Shown: positions 18,018 through 28,383, numbered from the stretch's first letter. The stretch: DNA of 64,000 nt from an uncultured Bacteroidota bacterium (GCA_903881665.1 CAIRUC010000025.1:1080-65079), one strand, 5' to 3'. Program-made: numbers and translations. The notes: generated by a model not told the origin, from the sequence alone.

Positions 18018-20057
18018 TTAAAATTGAAACGCTAACTGAAATTTAATTTCGGTTTTATGGCTATTTTCAATAGCATCATAACCACTTCCAATAGTTTCTG
18101 TTCCAGGATAAATACTTCTTCCGGCTCTAATCCATATGTCCATTCCTCTATAAGGACGAAGTCGCGTCATAAGGTAAATTCGCTTGCCGCTACCATATAG
18201 CGGACTAATACTATAACTTCCTGGTATATCTTGTTCATAGCTGTAAATGCGTGTTTCATAACTGTCGGTGGTAAATAATCCTAGACGCAAAGCAAACGAA
18301 TAGGGTTTGCCCAAGGGTTTATAAATGACATCTTGATAAATTACACTTCCTCCGGTTGTTTCAAGAGTTACATTCTTAACATATTCCACTCTACTTTGGA
18401 AGTACCAATCCGTCCCCGACTTAAACTTCACTTGAAAACGATAAGTCTGCGTATTTACAGGAATCAGGACTTCGGCTCCTTGCAGCTGATCAGGATTATT
18501 TTGTTCTTTATGAGCGATATGCCATCGAAAATAAACTTCAGTTGTTCGTGAAGGTGTATAATTAAACTGAACAAATTGATCATTACCACGCGATGGCGCA
18601 CTCACTTGATATTTTAACCAAGGAAAGCTAAACATGTCGCTGTATAAAGATAATTTATATGGTTTAGCGATTACGAATTGCAATCCAACATACGTCCCGT
18701 TCTCATTGGTAACTTGAGACCCCTCTCGAAAAGAATTTGCAGTTACCGAGTGATAACCCACTTCATAACGGCGATGCAGTACCGAAATGCTAATCCGCTT
18801 ATCAACTCCTGCAATTATTCCATTGACCATTGCCTTGTTCATCTTATCATCAATCGCCACTTCACCAAACACATTGATATTTTTAATTAGCCCCGCATAA
18901 TTAATTCCCTGATTGAAAAAATTATTCCCTTGCGCGTCGTGAATTTCATAGACATCACTACCCGCATATAAAGGTTCGCTATAACGTATCCATTGCGCAG
19001 TATATCCTATCTTCCAACCTCCCGATTTTACACCAACATTAGTTCCTACGATAGTTTGAGTACTGTTTCCTTTCCCTTCCATTTCACTATCGTTACGATG
19101 ATAGCCATCGGTTTGAACAGCGCTAATGAGATCTCCTTGCAAGCTGTCGGATTTAATTGACACATCTGCTTTCTGATGACTGAACCAACCATCCATATTC
19201 AAAGACTTAAAAACAGTATGCGCGGCAAACCCTCTATAAAATCCATATTCACCACACGAACTATAAGGACGAATGCCTAACCCTTGTTTTTTCACCAACA
19301 CTGTTTCAGATCCTTTTCCGAATGACAAACCCGACCATGCTACCAAACCTTGACCATATTGCAATTGATAATCGCCAATTACAAACGACTTTAAAATCCT
19401 ATTTGGAACAACAAATAAATGCATAGAATAAAAATCGAAACCATTTTTATGATTTCCTGTGAAGAAACTTTCTCCTGCGTCTTTTTCTCCAGTAACATTA
19501 AAACTAAAATAAGAGCCTGCGGAATAGCGGTATCGACTATACAGCTTCCAAGCACTGCCATCGTATTTTTTTATTCCGTTTTCATCTTTCAGATACCCCT
19601 GTTGTTGCTCGAGCAATTGTTGTGCGCGCATCCATAATTTAGAATTGCTATTTTTAAGTAAAGACTTCGGTCTTAATTTCTCATCTACTAACGGTTTTCC
19701 AATTCGCAAATAAGGAAGTAGCTGCTGTATTATTTGCATATCAAAATAATCGAGCGTCTGGATTTCTTCTAGAGCGATGAAGTTACCGAATAGTTTTCGG
19801 TGTTGAAGAATTTCGAGAACCTGCACGGGATCAAAAATTCCAAATGCCGACATTTCCTCCTCCGTTGAATAATTCAAATCGATTGGATGTTCTTTCAACT
19901 GCGCTTTCATCTCTTCGATCTCGGTAAAATCAGTTTCACCTGATGTTTGAGACGCCATATTTTCTATACGATTTTCAGCAGCATCATCTGGTAATTGCTG
20001 TGCTATGCCATACACTGTATCTAACAGTATAAATGCAAAAAACAAAAACTTTTTCAT
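18018..20057 (-). CDS. outer-membrane beta-barrel protein with an N-terminal ComEA-like helix-hairpin-helix module (function unknown)
   Basis: It has a signal peptide. Residues ~55-118 (IDLNYSTEEEMSAFGIFDPVQVLEILQHRKLFGNFIALEEIQTLDYFDMQIIQQLLPYL) follow the ComEA tandem HhH pattern. The long remainder has amphipathic-strand composition and ends ...KFQLAFQF. Confidence 0.6.
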   Translation of the reverse strand: MKKFLFFAFILLDTVYGIAQQLPDDAAENRIENMASQTSGETDFTEIEEMKAQLKEHPIDLNYSTEEEMSAFGIFDPVQVLEILQHRKLFGNFIALEEIQTLDYFDMQIIQQLLPYLRIGKPLVDEKLRPKSLLKNSNSKLWMRAQQLLEQQQGYLKDENGIKKYDGSAWKLYSRYRYSAGSYFSFNVTGEKDAGESFFTGNHKNGFDFYSMHLFVVPNRILKSFVIGDYQLQYGQGLVAWSGLSFGKGSETVLVKKQGLGIRPYSSCGEYGFYRGFAAHTVFKSLNMDGWFSHQKADVSIKSDSLQGDLISAVQTDGYHRNDSEMEGKGNSTQTIVGTNVGVKSGGWKIGYTAQWIRYSEPLYAGSDVYEIHDAQGNNFFNQGINYAGLIKNINVFGEVAIDDKMNKAMVNGIIAGVDKRISISVLHRRYEVGYHSVTANSFREGSQVTNENGTYVGLQFVIAKPYKLSLYSDMFSFPWLKYQVSAPSRGNDQFVQFNYTPSRTTEVYFRWHIAHKEQNNPDQLQGAEVLIPVNTQTYRFQVKFKSGTDWYFQSRVEYVKNVTLETTGGSVIYQDVIYKPLGKPYSFALRLGLFTTDSYETRIYSYEQDIPGSYSISPLYGSGKRIYLMTRLRPYRGMDIWIRAGRSIYPGTETIGSGYDAIENSHKTEIKFQLAFQF

Positions 20058-20870
20058 TTATTTCTTAGGAATTAAAAAAAAAAGCGAACAAACAGGCGAA
20101 AATCCTAATTGACGATGATAAGAAGTTTCCATCATCATCTTCATCCTTTTATAATACACACCAAAGCCATAAGCCGTCTCCATAGACATCCAATTTACCT
20201 CGGTAGAAAAGAAAAATATATTCAATGGCGCATATTTAATTCCATTCCTGATTTGTGGTTTACCCCCCTCGCATTGCATTACCTCAGTGCTTACCGAAAA
20301 TTGTGGCGAGAAACGATAATCGGCTGCAGCAGAAATAACAATTTGAGAGTAATTTGTCAAAGGATTATACTTCGCTTGTGTAATAGGTATAACGGCCATA
20401 ACTGCTGTAGTTAATTGAGAAGTTAAGCGGGCCTGCATACCCGCAGTAATCCGATGATGATTTAACGAACCATAGTTCTCTCCAAACTTTATATGATGAA
20501 CATCCCACCTAATACCCGCGGCAATTTGTTTTCCAAATTTCCTTGAATAGCCAACACCATAATCCTGCTCGCGATAAAGACTAAATCCTCGATCGCTAAC
20601 GGCAACGGATACCCGATGCTGAATTAAAAATGGCAACGACAATAAAAACATTTTTTTATCGAGCTCTTTAAGCCAATAATTCCGAGTATACCGCAAACCG
20701 TATAGCAGTAAAGAATCAGAAGGAAATGCGCCGGGATTACCGATCAAATTCAATTCTTCATCATTCCCCGATGAAAATCTGTTTTTTTCGGGTTGATAAG
20801 GAATTTGCGCCAATAGCAAATTTGCTGTAAACACCAACGCGATGGTTAGTGTAAATGATAATTTTTTCAT
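20058..20870 (-). CDS. putative small outer-membrane beta-barrel protein (family not recognised)
   Basis: It has a signal peptide (MKKLSFTLTIALVFTANLLLAQ) and alternating aromatic/polar strands. Its TAA stop directly abuts the ATG of the downstream HhH-barrel gene (minus strand TAAATG at 20060-20055). Confidence 0.5.
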   Translation of the reverse strand: MKKLSFTLTIALVFTANLLLAQIPYQPEKNRFSSGNDEELNLIGNPGAFPSDSLLLYGLRYTRNYWLKELDKKMFLLSLPFLIQHRVSVAVSDRGFSLYREQDYGVGYSRKFGKQIAAGIRWDVHHIKFGENYGSLNHHRITAGMQARLTSQLTTAVMAVIPITQAKYNPLTNYSQIVISAAADYRFSPQFSVSTEVMQCEGGKPQIRNGIKYAPLNIFFFSTEVNWMSMETAYGFGVYYKRMKMMMETSYHRQLGFSPVCSLFFLIPKK

Positions 20871-20930
20871 TACAAAAATGATTGCTCCCCCAATGAAAAA
20901 GGAAGGAAGTTATTACAAGACTTTAACTAA

Positions 20931-21479
20931 TTACTTCTTTTTTTTAGTTGCCAACTTCTTAGCGGTTTTCTTCACCGGAGTTTTTTTAGTTTGCTCCATT
21001 TCCTTAGCGGCCTTCAACACTTTTTCTTTCAATGTATTTTTAAATTCAATAATTTTCTTTAACAAAACTGAGTCGCCAGTCGCCAACATTTGCGCAGCAA
21101 GAATACCTGCATTCTGAGCAGCATTCAACGCTACGGTTGCTACAGGAACTCCATTCGGCATTTGCAAGATAGATAGAATAGAATCCCATCCATCGATACT
21201 ATTCGAAGATTTTACAGGAACCCCAATAACTGGAAGTGGAGTAACGGAAGCCACCATTCCAGGAAGATGTGCAGCGCCTCCAGCACCCGCAATAATTACA
21301 CGAATACCACGACCAACAGCATCATTTGCATACGCAAACATTCGCTCGGGAGTGCGATGCGCCGAAACCACCGTCATTTCATATGGGATTTGAAATTGCT
21401 CTAAAAATTTTGCAGCTTCTTGCATTACAGGAAGATCACTATTACTTCCCATTATTATTCCGACAAGTGGTGTTTTCAT
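20931..21479 (-). CDS. purE: 5-(carboxyamino)imidazole ribonucleotide mutase with a Lys-rich C-terminal tail
   Basis: MKTPLVGIIMGSNSDLPVM...VVSAHRTPERM...IIAGAGGAAHLPGMVAS is the canonical PurE core. The last ~23 aa (KEMEQTKKTPVKKTAKKLATKKKK) are an add-on. Confidence 0.9.
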   Translation of the reverse strand: MKTPLVGIIMGSNSDLPVMQEAAKFLEQFQIPYEMTVVSAHRTPERMFAYANDAVGRGIRVIIAGAGGAAHLPGMVASVTPLPVIGVPVKSSNSIDGWDSILSILQMPNGVPVATVALNAAQNAGILAAQMLATGDSVLLKKIIEFKNTLKEKVLKAAKEMEQTKKTPVKKTAKKLATKKKK

Positions 21480-21504
21480 TTTTTAATTATTTTATTCGAT
21501 TAAA

Positions 21505-22653
21505 TTATTGCGTTTGCACTTTCAATTTTTGCAGCACTATTCTCGCGGTTTCAATAGCTTTGGTTAAGTCATTATCGGTAATCGTTACATGTCCCATTTT
21601 ACGCATTGGCTTCGTCATTTTCTTGCCATACAAATGAACATATACTCCCTCTAAATGCATCACCTCGGTGATTCCATTATAATGCGCTTCTCCTTCGTGA
21701 CCTTTTTCACCTAATATGTTAATCATTACAGATGGTTTAACAATATCGGTAGCACCAAGCGGCAATCCCAAAATGGCGCGCAACTGTTGCGCATATTGCG
21801 ACGTAATATTTCCTTCTATCGTTTGGTGTCCGCTATTATGAGGACGCGGCGCTATTTCATTCACCAAGACCTCTCCCTTTTTCGTAACAAACATCTCAAC
21901 GGCGAGAATGCCCGTCATTCCTGTTTTCTCGATCACCTTACGCGCGATTGCAATCGCTTTATCAGAAATCTCATTATTGATGCGTGCAGGACTATATAAA
22001 AATTCAACAAGATTGGCTTCCGGATTAAACTCCATTTCAACTGCTGGATAATGCACAATATTACCTGCTGAATTTCGCGCTACAATTACCGCAATTTCCA
22101 TTTCAAAATCAATCATCTCTTCTAACACACATGGCGCATCAAAACAGTTTGTTAATGAAGAAGCGTTTTTCAACTTCATCACTCCTTTCCCATCGTAACC
22201 ACCCTTTCTTAATTTCAGAATAGCAGGAAAACTGTTTATATGATTTTCGAGCGCTGATTTATCATGAATTAGATGAAACGGTGCGGTAGGGATGTTATGT
22301 GAAATAAAAAATTCTTTTTGCAACCCTTTATCCTGTACCATTGCTAGCACCTGTGGTTGAGGTAACACCAAAACCCCTTCACTTTCGAGGCGCTGTAATG
22401 CACGAATATTTACATGTTCTATTTCGATGGTAAGTACATTCACTTTTTTTCCGAAATTATAAACGGTTTCTTCATCACGAAAATCGCCCTGCACAAACAT
22501 CTCCGTGAGAAAGCGACAAGGAGCATTCGCATCGGGATCAATTACAGCTGTTGCAATATTCAAATTTACAGCCTCTTGCAACAACATCCTACCAAGTTGT
22601 CCGCCGCCGAGTACACCTAACCTAAAATTCTGCCCTGAGAAATTGACCATCAT
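21505..22653 (-). CDS. purK: 5-(carboxyamino)imidazole ribonucleotide synthase (ATP-grasp)
   Basis: LGVLGGGQLGRML..., the ATP-grasp core ...LKLRKGGYDGKGV... and ...NEIAPRPHNSGH... are all present. It lies directly upstream of purE on the same strand. Confidence 0.9.
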   Translation of the reverse strand: MMVNFSGQNFRLGVLGGGQLGRMLLQEAVNLNIATAVIDPDANAPCRFLTEMFVQGDFRDEETVYNFGKKVNVLTIEIEHVNIRALQRLESEGVLVLPQPQVLAMVQDKGLQKEFFISHNIPTAPFHLIHDKSALENHINSFPAILKLRKGGYDGKGVMKLKNASSLTNCFDAPCVLEEMIDFEMEIAVIVARNSAGNIVHYPAVEMEFNPEANLVEFLYSPARINNEISDKAIAIARKVIEKTGMTGILAVEMFVTKKGEVLVNEIAPRPHNSGHQTIEGNITSQYAQQLRAILGLPLGATDIVKPSVMINILGEKGHEGEAHYNGITEVMHLEGVYVHLYGKKMTKPMRKMGHVTITDNDLTKAIETARIVLQKLKVQTQ

Positions 22654-23181
22654 AACGGGGGCAAAAATAACCTTTAAATGATCACTTAAACGATAACAAT
22701 CGCTTACAATCGTTTATTTTTTTCAGCAGGTTCTATTCAGTATAAATTGATGTCGAATAAATAAAATGAAAACCCAAAGCATGTCACATCTAATTTTAAT
22801 AAAGACCATCCCACCGATCCGCTTGACTCTTTTTATCTATAACTACCTCTATTCCATGTTTTTAATAAAACATTCGTCCTCATTTATTTATCACATCCTA
22901 GAAAAACAGAATTTAAAGCGAACCGTCTTTTATCAAATTTTTAGGTCGCGTTTCAACCATTTCAAAGAACAAAAAAGTAAAATGGTTATACAATTCTTGC
23001 TGCATTTACGATACGAACGTAGCTGGGTTAGCGTTTATTCGTCTTTACGCTACTGATTAACAGCTAAATAAATGCATTGAAAAACGTTAACAATCAATAC
23101 TAGGCGGCTCAAAGTATCTTCTTAGGTTTTTCAAATTCATCCCATCAATTTGCTCTCATTTGCCTACCTTCGTGCCTTCTT

Positions 23182-23721
23182 ATGGAAAAAGAAGTACAAA
23201 TACACGACAAAACGTTTGTTCCATTCATTTCGGCACCACAATTACAAGCAAGAATAGCTGAATTAGGTACTCAAATTAATGAAGAATTGAAGGGCAAGCG
23301 TCCTTTGATAGTAGGAGTATTAAACGGCTCTGTCATTTTCATGGCCGATTTATTACGAGTTATCCAACTTCCTTGTGAGATTGCTTTTATTAGAGTGAGT
23401 TCGTACTCTGGTACTGAGAGCACAGGAACAATAAAAAATGTGATTGGCTTAACAGAAGACATTTCGGGTCGTGATATTATTCTAGTAGAAGACATAATTG
23501 ATACGGGTGATACAGCCAAATATTTACTTGATGACTTCAAAAGTAAAAATCCGGCAAGCATTCATTTTGCAACCCTTCTATTTAAACCTGCATCATTGCG
23601 CCAGGACGTTAAACCTGACTATGTAGGATTTGAAATTCCTCCAGCTTTCGTAGTGGGCTATGGACTCGACTATGACGGATTAGGAAGAAACCTCGCTGAC
23701 ATCTACCAACTTAAAAGTTAA
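23182..23721 (+). CDS. hpt: hypoxanthine phosphoribosyltransferase
   Basis: The PRPP-binding motif DIILVEDIIDTGDT is present and the flanking architecture is typical of Hpt. Length is 179 aa. Confidence 0.9.
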   Translation: MEKEVQIHDKTFVPFISAPQLQARIAELGTQINEELKGKRPLIVGVLNGSVIFMADLLRVIQLPCEIAFIRVSSYSGTESTGTIKNVIGLTEDISGRDIILVEDIIDTGDTAKYLLDDFKSKNPASIHFATLLFKPASLRQDVKPDYVGFEIPPAFVVGYGLDYDGLGRNLADIYQLKS

Positions 23722-23730
23722 TAATCAGTC

Positions 23731-24303
23731 ATGTTAAATCTAGTACTCTTCGGCCCTCCTGGAGCAGGTAAAGGAACTCAGTCTGCCAAGCTTATTGAAA
23801 AATATCAACTTGTACATTTATCAACAGGAGATATTTTCCGTGCCAACATAAAAGGCGGAACGGAATTAGGAACTCGTGCAAAACAATACATGGACCAAGG
23901 CCAATTGGTTCCTGACGAAGTTACCATTGGAATGCTTGAGTCGGAAGCCAATAAATATCCTGAAACAAAAGGATACATCTTCGATGGTTTCCCTCGCACG
24001 CCAGCGCAAGCAAAAGCGCTTGATGCTTTCCTATCTACAAAAGGAACAGGAATTAAACGAATGCTTGCACTTGAAGTAGAAGAGGAAGAACTAAGAATAC
24101 GATTATCGCTAAGAGGAAAAGATTCTGGCCGCATCGACGATCAAGATGCTACCGTTGTACAAAATCGCATTGACGTATATCGTAACGAAACTGAACCTGT
24201 ACGCGATTACTACATGGATCAAAAAAAATATACGGGCATAAATGGCATCGGTACAATCGATGAAATTTTTGACCGATTATGCAATGCTATCGACGCGCTG
24301 TAA
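23731..24303 (+). CDS. adk: adenylate kinase
   Basis: It has the P-loop LFGPPGAGKGTQ, then ...HLSTGDIFR... and ...GFPRTPAQA.... This is the short LID form (190 aa). Confidence 0.92.
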   Translation: MLNLVLFGPPGAGKGTQSAKLIEKYQLVHLSTGDIFRANIKGGTELGTRAKQYMDQGQLVPDEVTIGMLESEANKYPETKGYIFDGFPRTPAQAKALDAFLSTKGTGIKRMLALEVEEEELRIRLSLRGKDSGRIDDQDATVVQNRIDVYRNETEPVRDYYMDQKKYTGINGIGTIDEIFDRLCNAIDAL

Positions 24304-24342
24304 TTTCAATTTATATTTCTATTTATACTTTCCCAATTTATC

Positions 24343-25374
24343 ATGTCCGGTTCCAACTTCGTTGATTATGTAAAAATCTGTTGCCGCTCAGGAAAAGGCG
24401 GACCAGGTTCAACACATTTCCATCGCGATAAACTCACAGCTAAAGGTGGTCCCGATGGCGGTGATGGTGGCCGTGGAGGGCATATTATCATTCGTGGTAA
24501 TGCCCAATTATGGACACTCCTCCACTTGAAATACCGTAAACATGTATTAGGTGAAGATGGTGTATGTGGCAGTAGCGGATTGAAAACTGGTGCCGATGGA
24601 ACCGATTTAATACTTGATGTTCCTATTGGGACTATTGCGCGCGACGAAGAAAGTGGAGAAATAGAATTTGAAATTTCTGAGGAGGGACAAGAAGTAATTT
24701 TAGTGGCCGGAGGCCGAGGAGGAAAAGGAAATAATCACTTTAAATCATCAACCCTTCAAACACCACGCTTTGCACAGCCAGGAGAACCAGGACAAGAGCT
24801 ATGGAAAATTCTTGAGCTTAAATTACTAGCCGACGTTGGATTAGTAGGATTTCCTAATGCAGGCAAATCAACACTACTCTCTGTAGTATCGGCAGCAAAA
24901 CCTGAAATAGCAGATTATCCATTTACTACAATCGTTCCTAACCTTGGTATAGTACGCTACCGCGACAGTCAATCGTTTGTGATGGCCGATATTCCGGGAA
25001 TTATCGAAGGAGCATCTGAAGGAAAAGGATTAGGAACACGATTCTTAAGACATATAGAGCGAAACTCCGTATTGCTTTTCATGATTCCAGTTGACACGAA
25101 AGACATCAGACAGGAATATGCTATTTTATTGAAAGAGTTAAGTCAGCATAACCCAGAACTCATCGACAAACGTCGCGTAATTGCCATTACTAAGTGTGAT
25201 ATGATTGACGATGAATTACAGGCTGCTATAATGAATGAAATTCCAGAAGATAAAATGCAGGATAATATGAAAGTACCTGTTTTATTTATTTCATCTGCTA
25301 CAGGAAAAGGAGTTACCGAATTGAAAGATGTACTGTGGTCGATGATGAACGAACAATCATTCTTATCACGTTAA
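24343..25374 (+). CDS. obg: GTPase ObgE/CgtA
   Basis: The Obg fold is glycine-rich ([16 protein letters not shown]...GGRGGKGN). The G1 motif GFPNAGKST and the G3 motif DIPGIIEGA are both present. Confidence 0.92.
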   Translation: MSGSNFVDYVKICCRSGKGGPGSTHFHRDKLTAKGGPDGGDGGRGGHIIIRGNAQLWTLLHLKYRKHVLGEDGVCGSSGLKTGADGTDLILDVPIGTIARDEESGEIEFEISEEGQEVILVAGGRGGKGNNHFKSSTLQTPRFAQPGEPGQELWKILELKLLADVGLVGFPNAGKSTLLSVVSAAKPEIADYPFTTIVPNLGIVRYRDSQSFVMADIPGIIEGASEGKGLGTRFLRHIERNSVLLFMIPVDTKDIRQEYAILLKELSQHNPELIDKRRVIAITKCDMIDDELQAAIMNEIPEDKMQDNMKVPVLFISSATGKGVTELKDVLWSMMNEQSFLSR

Positions 25375-25386
25375 CGCCTTACCGAA

Positions 25387-25956
25387 ATGCTTGAGATATT
25401 GCGGGGAATCGATACGAAGCTTCTTCTCGCTATTAATGGCGCGCATTCTCCAACACTTGATTTTATAATGTTTTGGATCAGTGATCGACTGATATGGATT
25501 CCTTTTTATTGTTGGCTATTATTTTCACTATATCGTATTTATTTAAAAGATACTTTATGGATTCTTCCAGCGATTGGTATAATGGTAACTGTGAGTGATC
25601 AGTTTTCGGTGCTAATAAAAAATAATGTAGCACGATTGCGCCCATGTCATGAGCCTACGATTTCAAACATTATTCATTTGGTAAAAAATTATTGTGGCGG
25701 CCAATATGGGTTCTTCAGTTCGCATGCATCCAATTCAATTTCGCTAGCTGTATTTGTAATAATGATGCTTCCTAAAACAAAAACTGCTATTCGATATCAG
25801 CTTATTGCATTTGTAATAATGATTGGATATAGCCGCGTTTATCTAGGGGCTCATTATCCAGGTGATGTTATTTCGGGATGGATCTTTGGAGCATTCTTCG
25901 GATGGATGACTGCCACATTGCTAAAAAAGAAAATTTCTCCAATTATAAATAAATAA
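25387..25956 (+). CDS. PAP2-family membrane phosphatase
   Basis: The three PAP2 motifs are present: KNNVARLRP, SSHAS and SRVYLGAHYPGDV. The product has multiple TM segments. Confidence 0.8.
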   Translation: MLEILRGIDTKLLLAINGAHSPTLDFIMFWISDRLIWIPFYCWLLFSLYRIYLKDTLWILPAIGIMVTVSDQFSVLIKNNVARLRPCHEPTISNIIHLVKNYCGGQYGFFSSHASNSISLAVFVIMMLPKTKTAIRYQLIAFVIMIGYSRVYLGAHYPGDVISGWIFGAFFGWMTATLLKKKISPIINK

Positions 25957-26007
25957 AAGATGATTATTTTTCTTCTATCCTCAACCGTTAGTAAAAACAT
26001 GATTCAT

Positions 26008-27654
26008 ATGTATCGCAAAATCCCGTTTTTTCTCTTACTGTTCATTACAATAACAGCGCATTCGCAAAATAAAATACACGCTTCAACGAAACCTAAATTA
26101 GTGATCGGAATTGTTGTTGATCAAATGCGTGCAGATTATATCAGCAAATATAAAAGCAAACTTGGAAGCGGAGGATTTATAAAACTTGCTACTCAAGGAT
26201 ATCAATGTCGCAATACTAATTATAATTATGTGCCTACCTACACTGGTCCAGGACATGCAAGTATATACACAGGAACAACACCCACAATACATGGAATCGT
26301 TGCCAATGAATGGTTCGATCGCACTGAAAATGATACTATATATTGTGCAGAAGATAAAAATGTAAAAGGAGTAGGTTCGGATAACAATGCCGGAAAAATG
26401 TCGCCAAGGCGATTATTAAGCACTACTATTACCGACGAATTACAATTAACAAATCAAGGTAAATCAAAAGTAATCGGCATCTCGTTAAAAGATCGTGGGG
26501 CGATATTACCAGCAGGACGATCAGGCGATGCAGCTTATTGGTACGATGGAACAACAGGAAATTGGATCAGCAGCACTTGGTACATGAACGAATTACCTAA
26601 ATGGACAAAAGATTTCAATGAAAGAAAATGGCCTGATTACTATTTATCGAAACCATGGTCTACCACATTCCCATTAAACAATTATACCGAAAGCGATCCT
26701 GATGACAGTCCGTATGAACAACCATTCAATGGTGAAGCAAAACCCGTATTCCCTCACAATCTTCCAGCTTTGAGGGGGAATAGTTTTGATTTAATACGAC
26801 GTACTCCGTTTGGCAATACAATGACAAAAGATCTAGCTATTTCTGCGATATCAGGAGAAGAATTAGGAGCGGATAGTATCACCGATTTTTTATGTATTAG
26901 TTTCTCCGCAACAGATTACGTAGGTCATCAATTCGGAACCGATGCAATCGAATTAGAAGATACTTACATTCGATTAGATAGAGATATTGCTGACTTGCTT
27001 CAATACCTCGATACACATATTGGTAAGGGAAATTATTTAATATTTCTCACAGCAGATCACGGTGCCGTTGTAAATCCACAGTCGTTAATCGACAAAAAAA
27101 TAGAAGCAGGTTTTAGCGATCCAAAAGCAATAGCCGATACTGTAAAATATTTTTTACATAGTAAATACGGAAGCAGCGAATTTTTACAAAGCTATTTGAA
27201 TGATCAATTTTATTTAAACAGAACGAAAGTAGATTCGGCAAACATCAATATTTGCGAGATGCAACAAGGCATTGCTGACTTCATACGCTATAAAATAAAC
27301 GGACTGCAAGATGTGCTAACTTCGTGCAATACATCAAGTACAGAATACAACGAGCCCTTCAGAAATAAAATACAGAAAGGTATGCAACCAAAAAGATCGG
27401 GAGATGTTGTGTTATTGTTTTCACCAGGCTGGACCGATAAACTTTTTGGTAACGGAAAGCAAGGAACAACACACGGATCACCTTATCCTTACGATACGCA
27501 TGTACCATTAATTTGGTACGGATGGGGTATTCATCCAGGCGCGTGCACAAGAGCAATTAATATCCCTGACATTGCGCCTACACTAAGTTTTTTATTAGAT
27601 ATTGGAATTCCGAACGGATGCACAGGAAAGGTAATTGAAGAAATTGCAAAGTAA
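26008..27654 (+). CDS. alkaline-phosphatase superfamily phosphatase/phosphodiesterase (PafA/NPP-like), secreted
   Basis: The metal/nucleophile region is IVVDQMRADY...PTYTGPGHASIYTG, with later ...SATDYVGHQFG... and ...LTADHG.... I chose ATG 26008 because it gives a clean signal peptide (MYRKIPFFLLLFITITAHSQ). In-frame alternatives exist at 25960 and 25999. Confidence 0.8.
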   Translation: MYRKIPFFLLLFITITAHSQNKIHASTKPKLVIGIVVDQMRADYISKYKSKLGSGGFIKLATQGYQCRNTNYNYVPTYTGPGHASIYTGTTPTIHGIVANEWFDRTENDTIYCAEDKNVKGVGSDNNAGKMSPRRLLSTTITDELQLTNQGKSKVIGISLKDRGAILPAGRSGDAAYWYDGTTGNWISSTWYMNELPKWTKDFNERKWPDYYLSKPWSTTFPLNNYTESDPDDSPYEQPFNGEAKPVFPHNLPALRGNSFDLIRRTPFGNTMTKDLAISAISGEELGADSITDFLCISFSATDYVGHQFGTDAIELEDTYIRLDRDIADLLQYLDTHIGKGNYLIFLTADHGAVVNPQSLIDKKIEAGFSDPKAIADTVKYFLHSKYGSSEFLQSYLNDQFYLNRTKVDSANINICEMQQGIADFIRYKINGLQDVLTSCNTSSTEYNEPFRNKIQKGMQPKRSGDVVLLFSPGWTDKLFGNGKQGTTHGSPYPYDTHVPLIWYGWGIHPGACTRAINIPDIAPTLSFLLDIGIPNGCTGKVIEEIAK

Positions 27655-27816
27655 AGAATCGTTGTAACAATTAATAGCAGGAACAAACAGTTTCTCAAAT
27701 TGCAACATCCATAGAAAAATAAAAATAAACGTTATTAGAGCATTGGGGAAACCTTAAATAAATCTGAATCGCAAAACTTCATCCTGTCATTAACAACAAG
27801 TACTATCTTTACACAC

Positions 27817-28206
27817 ATGAATTTACTAACCCTGTTATTTCTAGAAAGCTTAGGTGGCGGAGAGCTAATGGTAATTATGCTCTTTGTACTGATGTTTTTC
27901 GGCTCAGCTAAAATCCCCGAACTAGCCAAAGGGCTTGGGAAGGGAATGCGTCAATTTAAAGATGCCATGAACGGAGTACAGAATGAAATCAAATCTGGAA
28001 TGAATAATATTGAACAGGAAGTAAATAAAATAAAAGACGACGTAGCGAAAGAATCGCCTAAAATGCCTTTTATAGAAAGTCATCCAATGGCGCAAGCAAA
28101 ATCTGCAGACACTACAGAATCAGAAATGAAAAGTACTGATGTTGCGAATGAATCAGAAACAAAAAATGAAGTTATTCAAGGCAGCAAAGCATCCACTGAA
28201 AAATAA
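27817..28206 (+). CDS. tatA: twin-arginine translocase TatA/TatE family subunit
   Basis: GGGELMVIMLFVLMFFGSAKIPELAKGLGKGMRQFKDA is the TM helix plus amphipathic helix signature of TatA. The C-terminal tail is long and acidic/polar. Confidence 0.85.
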   Translation: MNLLTLLFLESLGGGELMVIMLFVLMFFGSAKIPELAKGLGKGMRQFKDAMNGVQNEIKSGMNNIEQEVNKIKDDVAKESPKMPFIESHPMAQAKSADTTESEMKSTDVANESETKNEVIQGSKASTEK

Positions 28207-28228
28207 AATAGTACAACCCAAAAGTACT

Positions 28229-28258
28229 AGCCCCTTTTAACCTTCGGGGCTTTTTTTA
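28229..28258 (+). terminator. rho-independent terminator after tatA
   Basis: The stem is AGCCCC (28229-28234) paired with GGGGCT (28246-28251), followed by a T7 run. Confidence 0.65.
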
Positions 28259-28335
28259 TAATATAATTCATGCGTTATCAATTTTTAAGTATTACATCTC
28301 AATACTTTATAGCACGGATGAGCTAAAACAATAAA

Positions 28336-28372
28336 GGAAACTATTTTTATGCGCAAAGTTTCCATAGTTTTG
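28336..28372 (+). promoter_or_regulatory. candidate tetR promoter (-7 box TAGTTTTG) with overlapping inverted repeat (possible TetR operator)
   Basis: GGAAACT (28336-28342) and AGTTTCC (28357-28363) form a 7-bp inverted repeat with a 14-bp spacer. It lies just upstream of a perfect TAnnTTTG box (28365-28372), which sits 12 nt before the ATG. Confidence 0.3.
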
Positions 28373-28383
28373 CACCCGTAATC

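Noticed and set aside
22766-23056. 96-aa ORF in the 528-bp purK/hpt divergent intergenic region
   Set aside because: The translation is AT-rich and low-complexity, with no motifs. I also looked here for purine or ZTP riboswitch cores on either strand and did not see the conserved sequences.
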